From Candidatus Heimdallarchaeota archaeon (GTDB lineage: Archaea; Asgardarchaeota; Heimdallarchaeia; Hodarchaeales; Hodarchaeaceae), in the NCBI GenBank assembly GCA_020353515.1, contig CP070695.1, positions 948,127-1,012,126 of the forward strand: DNA of 64,000 nucleotides. The letters are read 5' to 3'. The notes below the pieces were generated by a model. The model made no database searches. It had not been told where the DNA came from and saw only the letters and a list, made by a program, of their open reading frames with translations. This document shows, piece by piece, positions 28,550 to 38,426 of the stretch (positions are counted from its first letter, which is position 1; each line of letters begins with the position of its first letter). The position numbers and the translations under genes are program-made.

Positions 28550-28924
28550 TTAACCTCCTTCTTTTCCTTTTCTGGCGGCCTGTATTATCATGGCCAATCC
28601 TAGGACGAAGAATCCTAATACAAGCAGATATTCAATTCGAAAAATAGGAACCAATTGATCTAGATCAAAAAATATTACTGCTAAAAAGAGTCCAATGCAG
28701 ATGAAAATTATTCCACCAATCCAGGGATTTTCTTCACGCTGTTCACCAAAACAAAGAAAATCTTCATCTCTTTTTCGAGCATAATGTGGGGTTCGTGTTG
28801 GAGGAGGAACGTCCACAGGTGCTTTTGTAGGCAGTAATTGTTGACCACACTTAGGACAGAATGCAGCATCATCTTCTACTTGAGCTCCACAATTATCACA
28901 ATACATAAAGCTTAATCCTCTCAT
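28550..28924 (-). CDS. zinc-ribbon membrane protein (paralog of 28070..28546)
   Basis: CDNCG...AAFCPKCG, LCFGE, two TM helices. Confidence 0.8.
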   Translation of the reverse strand: MRGLSFMYCDNCGAQVEDDAAFCPKCGQQLLPTKAPVDVPPPTRTPHYARKRDEDFLCFGEQREENPWIGGIIFICIGLFLAVIFFDLDQLVPIFRIEYLLVLGFFVLGLAMIIQAARKGKEGG

Positions 28925-29036
28925 TTCTTAGTTTTTTTAGTTATAGAACAATATTTTTTCCGGATATTTTAAAAGGTTTGATACGCGGAAGGTTAAATTG
29001 TTGAATAATGTTTCTTAGGAGACGTGCTATTAGTTA

Positions 29037-29768
29037 ATGCCTTTTCCGTACAAGATAAGTATTAGTAATGGATCAAATGAGCTAACGGAGTATCTTAATG
29101 TTGTCCATGAAGCCCAACAGACTTTTGATGATACAATTGTCTCTATATTTGAAAAATTTCTACAAGGCTTTGAACCATATATGAAGGAAGTTGCAAATCG
29201 TGAATTGGACATTAACTATAGTAATCCAATGCTCTATACTCGCAAAAATGAATATGTTTTGTACATGCTTCTCATAGAATATTCTAATCAGATAATGAAA
29301 GCTGCTTTTGATGCAGCTCCCAAGAAAATAGTTCTGCTCCCACGCTGTTTAACTGGGCCTAATTTTGATCTCCTAAGGATTAAACGAACTAAAATTGGAT
29401 GGCATCGTATTTTAGGTTGTAATAACGGGAATGGTTTAGCATGGGAGCTTACTGAGCTCGGAAACCAGCATAATTTTGAAGTTTTTATCACAATGGGTAA
29501 TCGCTTTAAGGAACCAAATTTTCTACGAGTTTTTCGTAATCTTCGAAAGAAATATGGACATTTTGGTCTCCTTGCAGTGGCTTGTCTACCAGAACTAGCA
29601 TTAGGTAGAACATATATCATGGAAGTGGGAATTCCAACCATTGCTGTTCCAATATTTTTTTCTGGTTGTGCTAAGTGGCATGGACCAACCCAAGCACTGC
29701 CAACAAAATTCCCATTTAAGTATCTCTTGGAATTATTAAATATTAATTTAAACTCGACAGAAGAATAA
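29037..29768 (+). CDS. DUF116 family protein
   Basis: LLPRCL and AVACLPEL Cys motifs, C-terminal GC. Confidence 0.65.
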   Translation: MPFPYKISISNGSNELTEYLNVVHEAQQTFDDTIVSIFEKFLQGFEPYMKEVANRELDINYSNPMLYTRKNEYVLYMLLIEYSNQIMKAAFDAAPKKIVLLPRCLTGPNFDLLRIKRTKIGWHRILGCNNGNGLAWELTELGNQHNFEVFITMGNRFKEPNFLRVFRNLRKKYGHFGLLAVACLPELALGRTYIMEVGIPTIAVPIFFSGCAKWHGPTQALPTKFPFKYLLELLNINLNSTEE

Positions 29769-29811
29769 AGGCATGGAAATTACCAAGTAAAGAAGGTTTT
29801 TTGAATAAAGG

Positions 29812-31188
29812 TTATTCTCTTTTAGGTTCAGTACGATATTTCGGTAGCATTATGTATACGGTTGCTCCAACAATCTTATCGTCTTCTATCCTATTTTCAG
29901 CCCATATTTTCCCATTATACCACTGAACAGCTTTGCGAGTTATCAAATGACCTAATCCTTTCTCAGATTTCGGTGATTTTTCCTTTGATATCGAAAATAA
30001 AGTTTTAACTTGATCTTCAGGTATTCCAGGGCCATCATCTTCAATGATGATTTGCCAACTATCTTCAATCGGCATATCTTTTATTGTAATAGAAAAGTAG
30101 ACTTCGGGACGATTACGATGATGTTTTACAGCATTATGGAAGATATTAAGAAATAGATCATCAAGAAATTCATTTCCGAGTATTTCAAATTTCTCGACGT
30201 CTGGGTCTAGATGGATCTTGTAATCAATTGAATTTTGGGGAAAACTATGTCTAACACCTTTAACATTATTTTCAATGATTACAACTAAATCCAACGGAGT
30301 AAGAAGAGATTCTTGAAACCTATCTATGGCTTTATATCGTCTAACTCTCTTAACTAAAGAATCAATATTCATTAAGTTATTGAAAATCATATTTTGAGAT
30401 TCTTTGTCAGTAATTCCATAATCTAACAGCATTTTGGACCCATGTACATACCCCTTGATATCATGAGTGATTATATCCATTAAGAAAGCTGATTCTGCTT
30501 TTGCTTCTCGGATTAGTTGGGTATATACTTTTTTCCGACCTAATTCTCTCACTCCAACAAGAATAGCGGCAATAGAAAAAGCTCGTCCAATATAAAATAA
30601 CAATTTCAAAGTATCATCATCAAATGGCCAAAGGAAAAGTAAGACAGCATATAAAAAGAAGTGAAGGGATATCCAAAAGGAAGCAATATTTTGAGTAGCT
30701 CTTAGATCCACAAACATTAAGTATGCTATTAGAATAGAGACGGGAACTATTGTTTCAACGCCGAACCACAACATCATACTTGTATTTGTGGGTTCTCCTA
30801 GTAATACAGGAGTTATTGGTAATGAAGTTGGGATAACAAAGCCAAAAAGGAAAGTTCCAATTGTAAAAAAACACCCAAAACCAAAAGAAATAAGTTTTGC
30901 ACGCTTAACATCTGGATCAAATAAGATAAGGGTTCCATATAACATAAAACCCATTGTAATAGCGCCAGAAAGATTAATATGAATAAAAAGCATGAAAATG
31001 GACGGTTCTAGAACAGAATACATCAGAGCTCCGATTAAACCCCCAACTCCGCACGCCATCATACCAATCCCCCATTCCAGTCTAGGACGTTCACTAGTTG
31101 CATACCAATCATATAAAAGTGTGAAAGCAGCGATAAACGCAATGAATGCGCTTGTAGCTGCACTTAAAGCGATTGGGTCTATATCCAT
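29812..31188 (-). CDS. membrane sensor histidine kinase (about 7 TM)
   Basis: H-box THDIK, N-box NIFHNAVKH, G1 EDDGPGIP, G2 GLG. Confidence 0.92.
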   Translation of the reverse strand: MDIDPIALSAATSAFIAFIAAFTLLYDWYATSERPRLEWGIGMMACGVGGLIGALMYSVLEPSIFMLFIHINLSGAITMGFMLYGTLILFDPDVKRAKLISFGFGCFFTIGTFLFGFVIPTSLPITPVLLGEPTNTSMMLWFGVETIVPVSILIAYLMFVDLRATQNIASFWISLHFFLYAVLLFLWPFDDDTLKLLFYIGRAFSIAAILVGVRELGRKKVYTQLIREAKAESAFLMDIITHDIKGYVHGSKMLLDYGITDKESQNMIFNNLMNIDSLVKRVRRYKAIDRFQESLLTPLDLVVIIENNVKGVRHSFPQNSIDYKIHLDPDVEKFEILGNEFLDDLFLNIFHNAVKHHRNRPEVYFSITIKDMPIEDSWQIIIEDDGPGIPEDQVKTLFSISKEKSPKSEKGLGHLITRKAVQWYNGKIWAENRIEDDKIVGATVYIMLPKYRTEPKRE

Positions 31189-31418
31189 AGGTTCAGAAAC
31201 CTTCCGAATATTTTTAAAGATGACAACTTCGCTTTTGAATTTTTTATTATCCTGAAGTACTTAAATTTCACTAGAGATTCTATAATGATTAACATTTCAA
31301 GTATGAAAACGTGCTAACACAATCAAAGTCATAAAATTAGTGTACATCACAGCTCTCTTGAATCTCTAAAAAGGTTCTTATACAAAATGAGTAATTTTGA
31401 ATCAATTCGTGAAATAAG

Positions 31419-32201
31419 ATGAATAACAAAATCACCCTGCTTTCTCAAGAATTATCTACTCTTGTGAATCAATTGAATGATAACCTTGAGAAAGTTATGG
31501 TTGTTCTTTTTGGTAGGTGCTCTGCTTTTTTCGATGGAAGGATTAAATCACATTTTACTGATGGGGATAGAGTTCTCATGATCAAAAAAGATCTAACCAT
31601 CCTTTTACATGGATCCTCTGGAGTTAAACCTGTACAATGGCAATTAGCAGGAGCAGGAAAGGTCACATTCAATGTAAAATCAGACATTCAACTTCAAATG
31701 GAAACCTATCGTCCCAAAACTGATGAGAGCTTTTTTATTAATTTCTCTGAAGTATATTTAGCTCTTTGCTACAATATTTTTGAGTTTGATGAGGCTGCAT
31801 CTATAATTGGTCACGAAAGGGATTTTGTTGAATATTTAATTAAAAATCCAGAGATTATCGAGCAAAATTTACAGATTATTGACTCTGAAAAAGAAATTGA
31901 TTTCGGATTCATTGATATTTGGGCAAAGGACCTTTCTAATAACTGTGTTATTATTGAAGTAAAAAGGACTATGGCTACCCCTGCTGATGCTCACCAACTC
32001 AAACGGTATGTAGATTTCTTCCAAAAGAAGGGTGAGGAAGTTAGGGGGATCTTGGTTGCTACAGGGTTTCCAAAAAAAGTCAAAAATTACTTAAAAAGTT
32101 TTAATTTAGAGTCGTGTATAGTGCCTTGGCAAGATATTTTTCCTACAATTACACGGCCTTCTTCTGTTTCCCAAACAAAGAGATTAGATGATTTCTTTTA
32201 A
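31419..32201 (+). CDS. nucS: mismatch endonuclease NucS/EndoMS
   Basis: CSAFFDGR, IKKD.TILLH, KPVQWQ, GFIDIWAKD, IEVKR, QLKRY. Confidence 0.9.
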   Translation: MNNKITLLSQELSTLVNQLNDNLEKVMVVLFGRCSAFFDGRIKSHFTDGDRVLMIKKDLTILLHGSSGVKPVQWQLAGAGKVTFNVKSDIQLQMETYRPKTDESFFINFSEVYLALCYNIFEFDEAASIIGHERDFVEYLIKNPEIIEQNLQIIDSEKEIDFGFIDIWAKDLSNNCVIIEVKRTMATPADAHQLKRYVDFFQKKGEEVRGILVATGFPKKVKNYLKSFNLESCIVPWQDIFPTITRPSSVSQTKRLDDFF

Positions 32202-32237
32202 GAAAAATTCTCTTAAAAATTTTTGAGGTGAATTGAA

Positions 32238-33206
32238 TTGGTTAAAAGTATAGTGATAGATTGTCATGCTGACACATTATTAAAAAAATATCTTGAAGAA
32301 ATGATGCCACTTTTGTTTGCCGAAAGGGGAATGAAATTTCATGCATCTAAAGATCTTTTAACACAAGGCGGAGTCGATATCCAAGTTTTTGCCATTTTTG
32401 TGCCACCAAAACTAGAAAAAATTGGTATAGAGGTATCATTAGAAATGATCACCCTCGCAAAAGAAATGGAAAAGGATGGGTTTATCCTTATTAAGTCTAA
32501 AAAAGATTTAAAAACAATTGAAAACAGTAAGAATGGAATTGGTATGGTTTTAAGTCTTGAAGGAACAGTCGCACTTGAAAGAAATCTTCAACTTCTCCCA
32601 ATTTTTTACGAATTAGGTATTCGCAATATTGGATTAAGCTGGAGCCGGAAAAATCTTTTCTGTGAAGGAACAGGTCTAACACAAGATAGCGATGAGGGAG
32701 AAGGAATATCTGTTCATGGTAAAGAACTACTTGAACAGATGGAATCTCTTGGTATCATCATTGATGTTTCACATCTAAATAAGAAGGGATTTGCTGATGT
32801 AGTGAAAGTAACTAGTGATCCTTTCATCGCCTCCCATTCAAATGCTTATCAGCTATGTCCAGTCAATCGAAATTTAACAGATGAACAATTGATGGAAATT
32901 GCTAGCGCAGAGGGAGTTGTAGGTATTAATTTCTATCCACGATTTTTATCTCAAAATGATCCACAATCAGTTTCAATTAAAGATGTTATTCAGCACATAA
33001 AATATATTACTAACCTTTTAGGAGTTGATCACGTTGGATTGGGATCAGATTTTGATGGTATTGGAATTACTCCAAAAGGGTTAGAGACTGCCAGTAAAAT
33101 AAAGAACATACCTCCCCTGTTAGAAGAAGAAGGTTTTAGCAATCAAGATATAGAGAAAATAATGGGTACTAATTTTAAACGGGTATTCAACAGGGTTTGG
33201 AAGTAA
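32238..33206 (+). CDS. M19 dipeptidase
   Basis: DCHAD, LSLEG, IDVSH, ASHSN, RNLTD, GSDFDG. Confidence 0.92.
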   Translation: MVKSIVIDCHADTLLKKYLEEMMPLLFAERGMKFHASKDLLTQGGVDIQVFAIFVPPKLEKIGIEVSLEMITLAKEMEKDGFILIKSKKDLKTIENSKNGIGMVLSLEGTVALERNLQLLPIFYELGIRNIGLSWSRKNLFCEGTGLTQDSDEGEGISVHGKELLEQMESLGIIIDVSHLNKKGFADVVKVTSDPFIASHSNAYQLCPVNRNLTDEQLMEIASAEGVVGINFYPRFLSQNDPQSVSIKDVIQHIKYITNLLGVDHVGLGSDFDGIGITPKGLETASKIKNIPPLLEEEGFSNQDIEKIMGTNFKRVFNRVWK

Positions 33207-33234
33207 AAAGAACATCTAGAAATAAACTAGAATT

Positions 33235-33573
33235 CTAATCAAAATCGAAAATACTTCGGCCTTTATTGAATAATTCGATATGACCACATCTCCTGCAGGT
33301 ACACATAACCACTTTAAACGAGGTAAATCCCCATTTACTGTCTAGTCTGCCTGTATCCTTAGCGAAGTCTTGGCTTCCACATAAACTACAACGTATCACT
33401 AAATGTTCACCTGTGTTACGATGTCCGAATCCAATGGACTCTTGCCCTCTAGAAGGTGTTGCACGATGTTCAACAATATTTGATGTATTTATTGATGTTC
33501 CACAAAATCGACAAAATTTTGCCTGACCCCCATTTTCTTGCCCACATGTCTCACAATAAACCATTTTAGTCAC
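33235..33573 (-). CDS. double zinc-ribbon protein
   Basis: CETCG..FCRFCG plus CSLCG..CRRCGHIELF. Confidence 0.75.
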   Translation of the reverse strand: MTKMVYCETCGQENGGQAKFCRFCGTSINTSNIVEHRATPSRGQESIGFGHRNTGEHLVIRCSLCGSQDFAKDTGRLDSKWGFTSFKVVMCTCRRCGHIELFNKGRSIFDFD

Positions 33574-33784
33574 TCTTAAACAGAATTTAATCTCCTATGA
33601 AAAAATCTCCATTTGTTAAATTCAATTCAAAAGAAATTAAGGGTTTAAATAAGATTATGGATTTCGGAAGTTACAAAATTGTATTTATCTGTCTGTTCGC
33701 TGAACTGAAAACTCTAATGAATTGAAGATCTTTTTTTGCTTTTAATGACGTATATTACCATTGATTTACAATTCTATCAACGAT

Positions 33785-34984
33785 TCAAAGGGCTTGAACC
33801 TCATCCGAGGCTTCTTCGAAAAAGAAGAAGCATATAAAGATGCTAAAAAGGCCTATAAGTGTTCCACCAAGAAAATTTGGGCTAACTATATCATTAGCTG
33901 CAGCTAAGAATGCACCCATCATTGTGCCAATCAATAAGCCAAAATATTGAGACCCAATGTATAATCCCATTATTTGGCCTCTTCCAGATTCGAGAGAATT
34001 TTCAGATATGAAAACTGGCGCTATAACAAACAAAATGGCATAAAATGGCAAACAGTATAATATGAAAATGATAAGCGGATCCCTTAGTAGAAAAATAGAT
34101 AGAGGGAATAGAGTGTATAGAAAGGTGGCAAGTAATACGAAAGGTTTTCTTTTGAACATATTTGCAGATTTTCCGACAAAATAAGTTACAAAAACACCAA
34201 ATAGGGTTGCAATACTATTGGCTAATGCAATAAAACTAATGTTTTGGTTCAATTCATCTTGGATAAATATGGAGAAAAAATTCACGTATATAGAAGAAGA
34301 TGAATTGATAAGAGCAATAAGAACTAAGAGTATTAGAATAGGTTTCATTGGTGGTTTTATTTCTGATGTAGAGGTTTGTCCTACATTTGAATGAGATATA
34401 TTAGTTTGCGACCGATTTGTATAGGTTGTTTCTTTGAGTTTAAAAGCAGATACGAAAGTGAATAATGAAATGAACATTGCAATAGGAAACATTGCGCGAA
34501 AAGTTTCAATTGAATTTCCAGAAGCATTCAAAGCAAAAGCTAAAGATGCAAACACACTACCTACAAGAAAACCAACACTAGCCATCATTCCAAGTCGTCC
34601 AAATTTTGCTGCTCGTTCATTCTCTTCGTAAAATGACATGAGTCTATTAAAAGCTGGAGTGAACCCAGAAATTATGACATTAAATCCAATATAGAGAATG
34701 AAGAACAATAATTTATCCTGAATAAAAAAATAACATAAAAATGACACCGATAAAGTTCCAAGAGAGATTAACACTAGATTTTTCGATCCAAATTTATCAC
34801 TAAGACGGCCAAAGAATCCTGTGGAGAAAATTAAGAAGAAGTATGGAATGGCAATAATTAAACCACTTCCTATGAAATCCCTCTCAGAAAGGCCGAAGAA
34901 AAAATACCAGCTGATAAATGGTGCTGTAAGCGCCATTGGGAAGTGATAGAGTGCATATAAAACTTCTTCAATTTTAAATGACAT
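33785..34984 (-). CDS. MFS transporter
   Basis: GRLSDKFGSK motif A, about 12 TM. Confidence 0.9.
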   Translation of the reverse strand: MSFKIEEVLYALYHFPMALTAPFISWYFFFGLSERDFIGSGLIIAIPYFFLIFSTGFFGRLSDKFGSKNLVLISLGTLSVSFLCYFFIQDKLLFFILYIGFNVIISGFTPAFNRLMSFYEENERAAKFGRLGMMASVGFLVGSVFASLAFALNASGNSIETFRAMFPIAMFISLFTFVSAFKLKETTYTNRSQTNISHSNVGQTSTSEIKPPMKPILILLVLIALINSSSSIYVNFFSIFIQDELNQNISFIALANSIATLFGVFVTYFVGKSANMFKRKPFVLLATFLYTLFPLSIFLLRDPLIIFILYCLPFYAILFVIAPVFISENSLESGRGQIMGLYIGSQYFGLLIGTMMGAFLAAANDIVSPNFLGGTLIGLFSIFICFFFFEEASDEVQAL

Positions 34985-35191
34985 TCACTATGCTCCATAT
35001 GGCAACAAAGACTTATTATTTAGATAGGTTTCGTTTAAACCAGAGTGATCAACAAATCAATCTAGAATAGATGTGTATACCTCAAATTTAATTAAAAAAT
35101 TTCAAGACCCAATGTAGATCTCACAACCAAACCATTTCCCTACCCAGAAGAAGAAATTCTAGTAAGCAATAACCAATGTTTTGTGAGTTGA

Positions 35192-35698
35192 TTAAGAGGA
35201 CTCCGTTATATGTAATACCCTTGATTCAATTTCATCAAATTCTATGTCTCCAGGGAATAACATTCGCGCTTCTTCAAGTAATCTCCTAGCCTCCCGAATC
35301 AGTTTAGCTTTTGCACTTACTTCAATCCAGACTATCCAGTCGATCTTTTCCATATGCAGCGGATATAATACGTTGAATTGTTTATAAAGGTTCTCTGCTT
35401 TTATGTAATAGCCAAAATCTTCTTCTCCCAATTTGAGATAGTTATCTGCTAACTTTCGAATTACCTCAATGTGTCTAGGAGGCGTACTCCGTGTTTCTGG
35501 TGTATTTAACCTCTCCTCGAGCAGTTTAACTTGTCCTTGTAAACTTGTTGTTGTTCGTCCTCTAACCACTGGCTTCCCAATTTCTGTCGTATCTTCTCGT
35601 TCGTCCAATCCCTTTTGAAATGAGAGTTCAGATTCTGTACGAACTTGTTTTACTTTTGATTTTCCGAACAATTTTCTGAGAAAACCCATTAGTGACAC
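35192..35698 (-). CDS. hypothetical protein with TPR-like helices
   Basis: LADNYLKLG..KAENLY; EARRLLEEARMLFP. Confidence 0.55.
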   Translation of the reverse strand: MSLMGFLRKLFGKSKVKQVRTESELSFQKGLDEREDTTEIGKPVVRGRTTTSLQGQVKLLEERLNTPETRSTPPRHIEVIRKLADNYLKLGEEDFGYYIKAENLYKQFNVLYPLHMEKIDWIVWIEVSAKAKLIREARRLLEEARMLFPGDIEFDEIESRVLHITESS

Positions 35699-35872
35699 CT
35701 TTATCCATATAATCAGTCTTTAGAAAATGATTTGGAAAAATTTATTCGCGATTAAATTAATATTACTAATCCACACCCCGTTTTTTAAACTTATGTGATT
35801 TTTATAATAGAAGTTAATCAATGCGCTATGTAAGTTTGTTCCAAATTTGAATCGAGAACTGTTGATTTTAGA

Positions 35873-36529
35873 ATGAAAAACAAGATAATGAGATTATTTG
35901 GTGTTCCAATATTAATAGTATTCATGAATTCAGGCTTTATTCTCTTTGCAGGAGAAGTATATACTTATCTCCACACCCTGTTTCCAATAATTCTACTTAA
36001 TGTGTTGATCAGTATAGATATTGTTATACGACCCACCTCAACAATAAAAGATGAATATAACCGATCAATCCTCATAATTTCATTTTTATCCTTACCAATT
36101 ATACTCTTCTTACCTTATTTTGAATATAAGGTTATCCTATATCAAATTCTTACTCCTTCAATATTCAACTGGACGATAATTGCGGGAAGTATATTATTAC
36201 TTTTAGGTGGTACATTGCTATTAATTAGTCGAATGCAGCTTGGAAAATACGGAGGCCCAAGAATCGTAATTGAAAAAGAGCATCAGCTAATAACTAATGG
36301 AGTTTATAAATATATCCGTCATCCAATGTATTTAGGGTTTTTATTCATATTTTTTGGTTATTCTCTATCATTGGGAAGCCTTTTCATGACATTAGTGATT
36401 TGTTTCGTCTTCCTCCTTATATTTAAAAATCGAATCGATATTGAAGAAAGACTGTTACTTTCAGAATTTGGGGAAGAATATGCAAATTATATGAAACGGA
36501 CTAAAAGACTGTTACCTTTTCTTTATTAA
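35873..36529 (+). CDS. isoprenylcysteine carboxyl methyltransferase (ICMT/Ste14) family
   Basis: HQLITNGVYKYIRHPMYLG, RIDIEE, FGEEY..Y. Confidence 0.9.
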   Translation: MKNKIMRLFGVPILIVFMNSGFILFAGEVYTYLHTLFPIILLNVLISIDIVIRPTSTIKDEYNRSILIISFLSLPIILFLPYFEYKVILYQILTPSIFNWTIIAGSILLLLGGTLLLISRMQLGKYGGPRIVIEKEHQLITNGVYKYIRHPMYLGFLFIFFGYSLSLGSLFMTLVICFVFLLIFKNRIDIEERLLLSEFGEEYANYMKRTKRLLPFLY

Positions 36530-37775
36530 GCAGAACATTTTCAGGATCTTGATATTTCATCAGATCACTTGACTTTCCAGTCTCTAATACCTCAGAAACA
36601 ACGGAAAAAACCTTTCTTGGCAATTTTAGTCCTCTCCTTATCAATTCATTTTTCATCTCAGAAAGATCAGAGGACAAGAGTTCAATTACTTTAGCTGCTT
36701 TTGTGAAAGGTAATACTGATCTCCAATGTTTCTCGTCCACCCATTGATAATAATAAGCTAAGTTATGGAGGATAGTACTTACTAAGAAATTTTTTTGAGG
36801 AACCCCTGGTGGAATATATCGGGGGACTCGATCTGGAATACCTACCTTTCGGCAATATTTGTGGCTCAATTTACACACATTAATGACATCCTTATAGCTA
36901 GGGTTTGGATTCCCATACTTATTGTCGTTACTATAAAGATCTTGATACAAAGAAACTAAATCTGGAAAGTATTTTTGAATAACATCAAAAAATTCTTGTT
37001 TATTTCTTCCAGGTTTGAGTGTCAAACCACCTGGTAGGACGAATTCGGCTTGAGCTTCTTTTGATTTTTGAACTATTTGCTTAATATTCTCCTCTGAATC
37101 ACCGATTCCAGGTAAGATAGGCATAAACACTATACCACCATGCAAGTTATTCTTCCTGACAGTTTTTAATGCCTGAAACCTTTGGGTTGATGATTGAGAC
37201 CTAGGTTCGAATATTTTCTTTGTTTTCTCATCATTTAGTGATATTGAAAATGAAACATTAGCATAACTCAATCGATTAATTTCGGTAAGTAAATCTAAAT
37301 CCCGTAATACCAAAGTACTTTTGGTGAGAACCATTACTGGTACGCCAAAATCACGATTTTTCTCAAGTATTTTTCTGGTAATCTTGAATTTCTTCTCAGC
37401 TGGCTGATACACATCACAAACACCTCCACCAACAGCTATCGGAAAGATTGGTTTTCTTAATTGCTTTATCTTTGTTTTTTTGGCTGCTTGTGGAAGAAAT
37501 CCCTCCAAATTATCCTTTCTTTTTCTAAACTCGGGATTCAATCCATTTTTAGTTAACTCTTTTTCATATTTTATTGATGCATCCTCTTTAACCCTGATAT
37601 GAGTACCAAAATTCTTGATACGATACCATTCCGCTTTTCCGTCACAATATGTGCAATTGTGTTCACATCCACGATAAGGATTGACACTCCCAGATACCCA
37701 AAACCATGGGTCTGGATGAGAGTAGCGATTTAAAATTTTTGAACGACTCTCAACGGCTTGGTATCTAATTTCCAA
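36501..37775 (-). CDS. radical SAM protein (SplB/Rv2578c-like) with C-terminal HhH-like domain
   Basis: NPYRGCEHNCTYC, DVYQPAE, LTKS.LV.RD, FEP, PILPG. Confidence 0.85.
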   Translation of the reverse strand: MEIRYQAVESRSKILNRYSHPDPWFWVSGSVNPYRGCEHNCTYCDGKAEWYRIKNFGTHIRVKEDASIKYEKELTKNGLNPEFRKRKDNLEGFLPQAAKKTKIKQLRKPIFPIAVGGGVCDVYQPAEKKFKITRKILEKNRDFGVPVMVLTKSTLVLRDLDLLTEINRLSYANVSFSISLNDEKTKKIFEPRSQSSTQRFQALKTVRKNNLHGGIVFMPILPGIGDSEENIKQIVQKSKEAQAEFVLPGGLTLKPGRNKQEFFDVIQKYFPDLVSLYQDLYSNDNKYGNPNPSYKDVINVCKLSHKYCRKVGIPDRVPRYIPPGVPQKNFLVSTILHNLAYYYQWVDEKHWRSVLPFTKAAKVIELLSSDLSEMKNELIRRGLKLPRKVFSVVSEVLETGKSSDLMKYQDPENVLLNKEKVTVF

Positions 37776-38044
37776 AAATAAACACCGTAGATTAATAATT
37801 AGTCAAGGAGAAATAATCTAGGGGAATAAGGTCATAATATGCAATTTATGCGTTAATTTGTTTTCTTCTAAATAAAATGATATTATTCTTCACTGACCTA
37901 TAATTACAAGAAAACTCTCCAATCCTAGTGTTTCCCAATCACTTGTCTGAAAACGAAGGAAATAATATTTTTGGGGATGAAGAGTGTGTGAATGGAAAGA
38001 AATGTAATTAGAAATTATAATTTGTCAGGTTATGACAAAAGAGG

Positions 38045-38326
38045 TTATAAATTGATGAACCGTAAGAAAACGGACTGAGATGTAATAAGATAAAGACTTT
38101 CTCTTAGATCCTGTAGATTTGGTCTTTTTTCAACTAGATGGTATTTACGCAGTTGTCTCAATCCATATTGAATTGTTCTTTCAGAATAAGGAAGTTCTTT
38201 CACTATATCCTTAACAGAAAGAGGAGATTTCTTCTCATCAAGTAATTGGAAAATAGCTTTTGCGCTGGGGGAAATCCTTATCTTTGCCTTTATTGCTGTA
38301 TTGTCACCAGTAACGATATGTGACAT
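38045..38326 (-). CDS. small winged-helix transcription regulator
   Basis: SPSAKAIFQLL...LPYSERTIQYGLRQL...DLRESLY. Confidence 0.8.
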   Translation of the reverse strand: MSHIVTGDNTAIKAKIRISPSAKAIFQLLDEKKSPLSVKDIVKELPYSERTIQYGLRQLRKYHLVEKRPNLQDLRESLYLITSQSVFLRFINL

Positions 38327-38426
38327 TTTTATAGCCTATTCCCGTAGTGTAATCACTTGAACTAATACATGCAAACTATTTATAAATCCACCTGCAAGTG
38401 CAATTGAATTGGAACACTGATGTGTT

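Noticed and set aside
35873-36529. ICMT as a modifier of the Rab-like GTPase
   Set aside because: The GTPase has no C-terminal Cys/CaaX, the genes are over 12 kb apart, and ICMT-family proteins are widespread in prokaryotes
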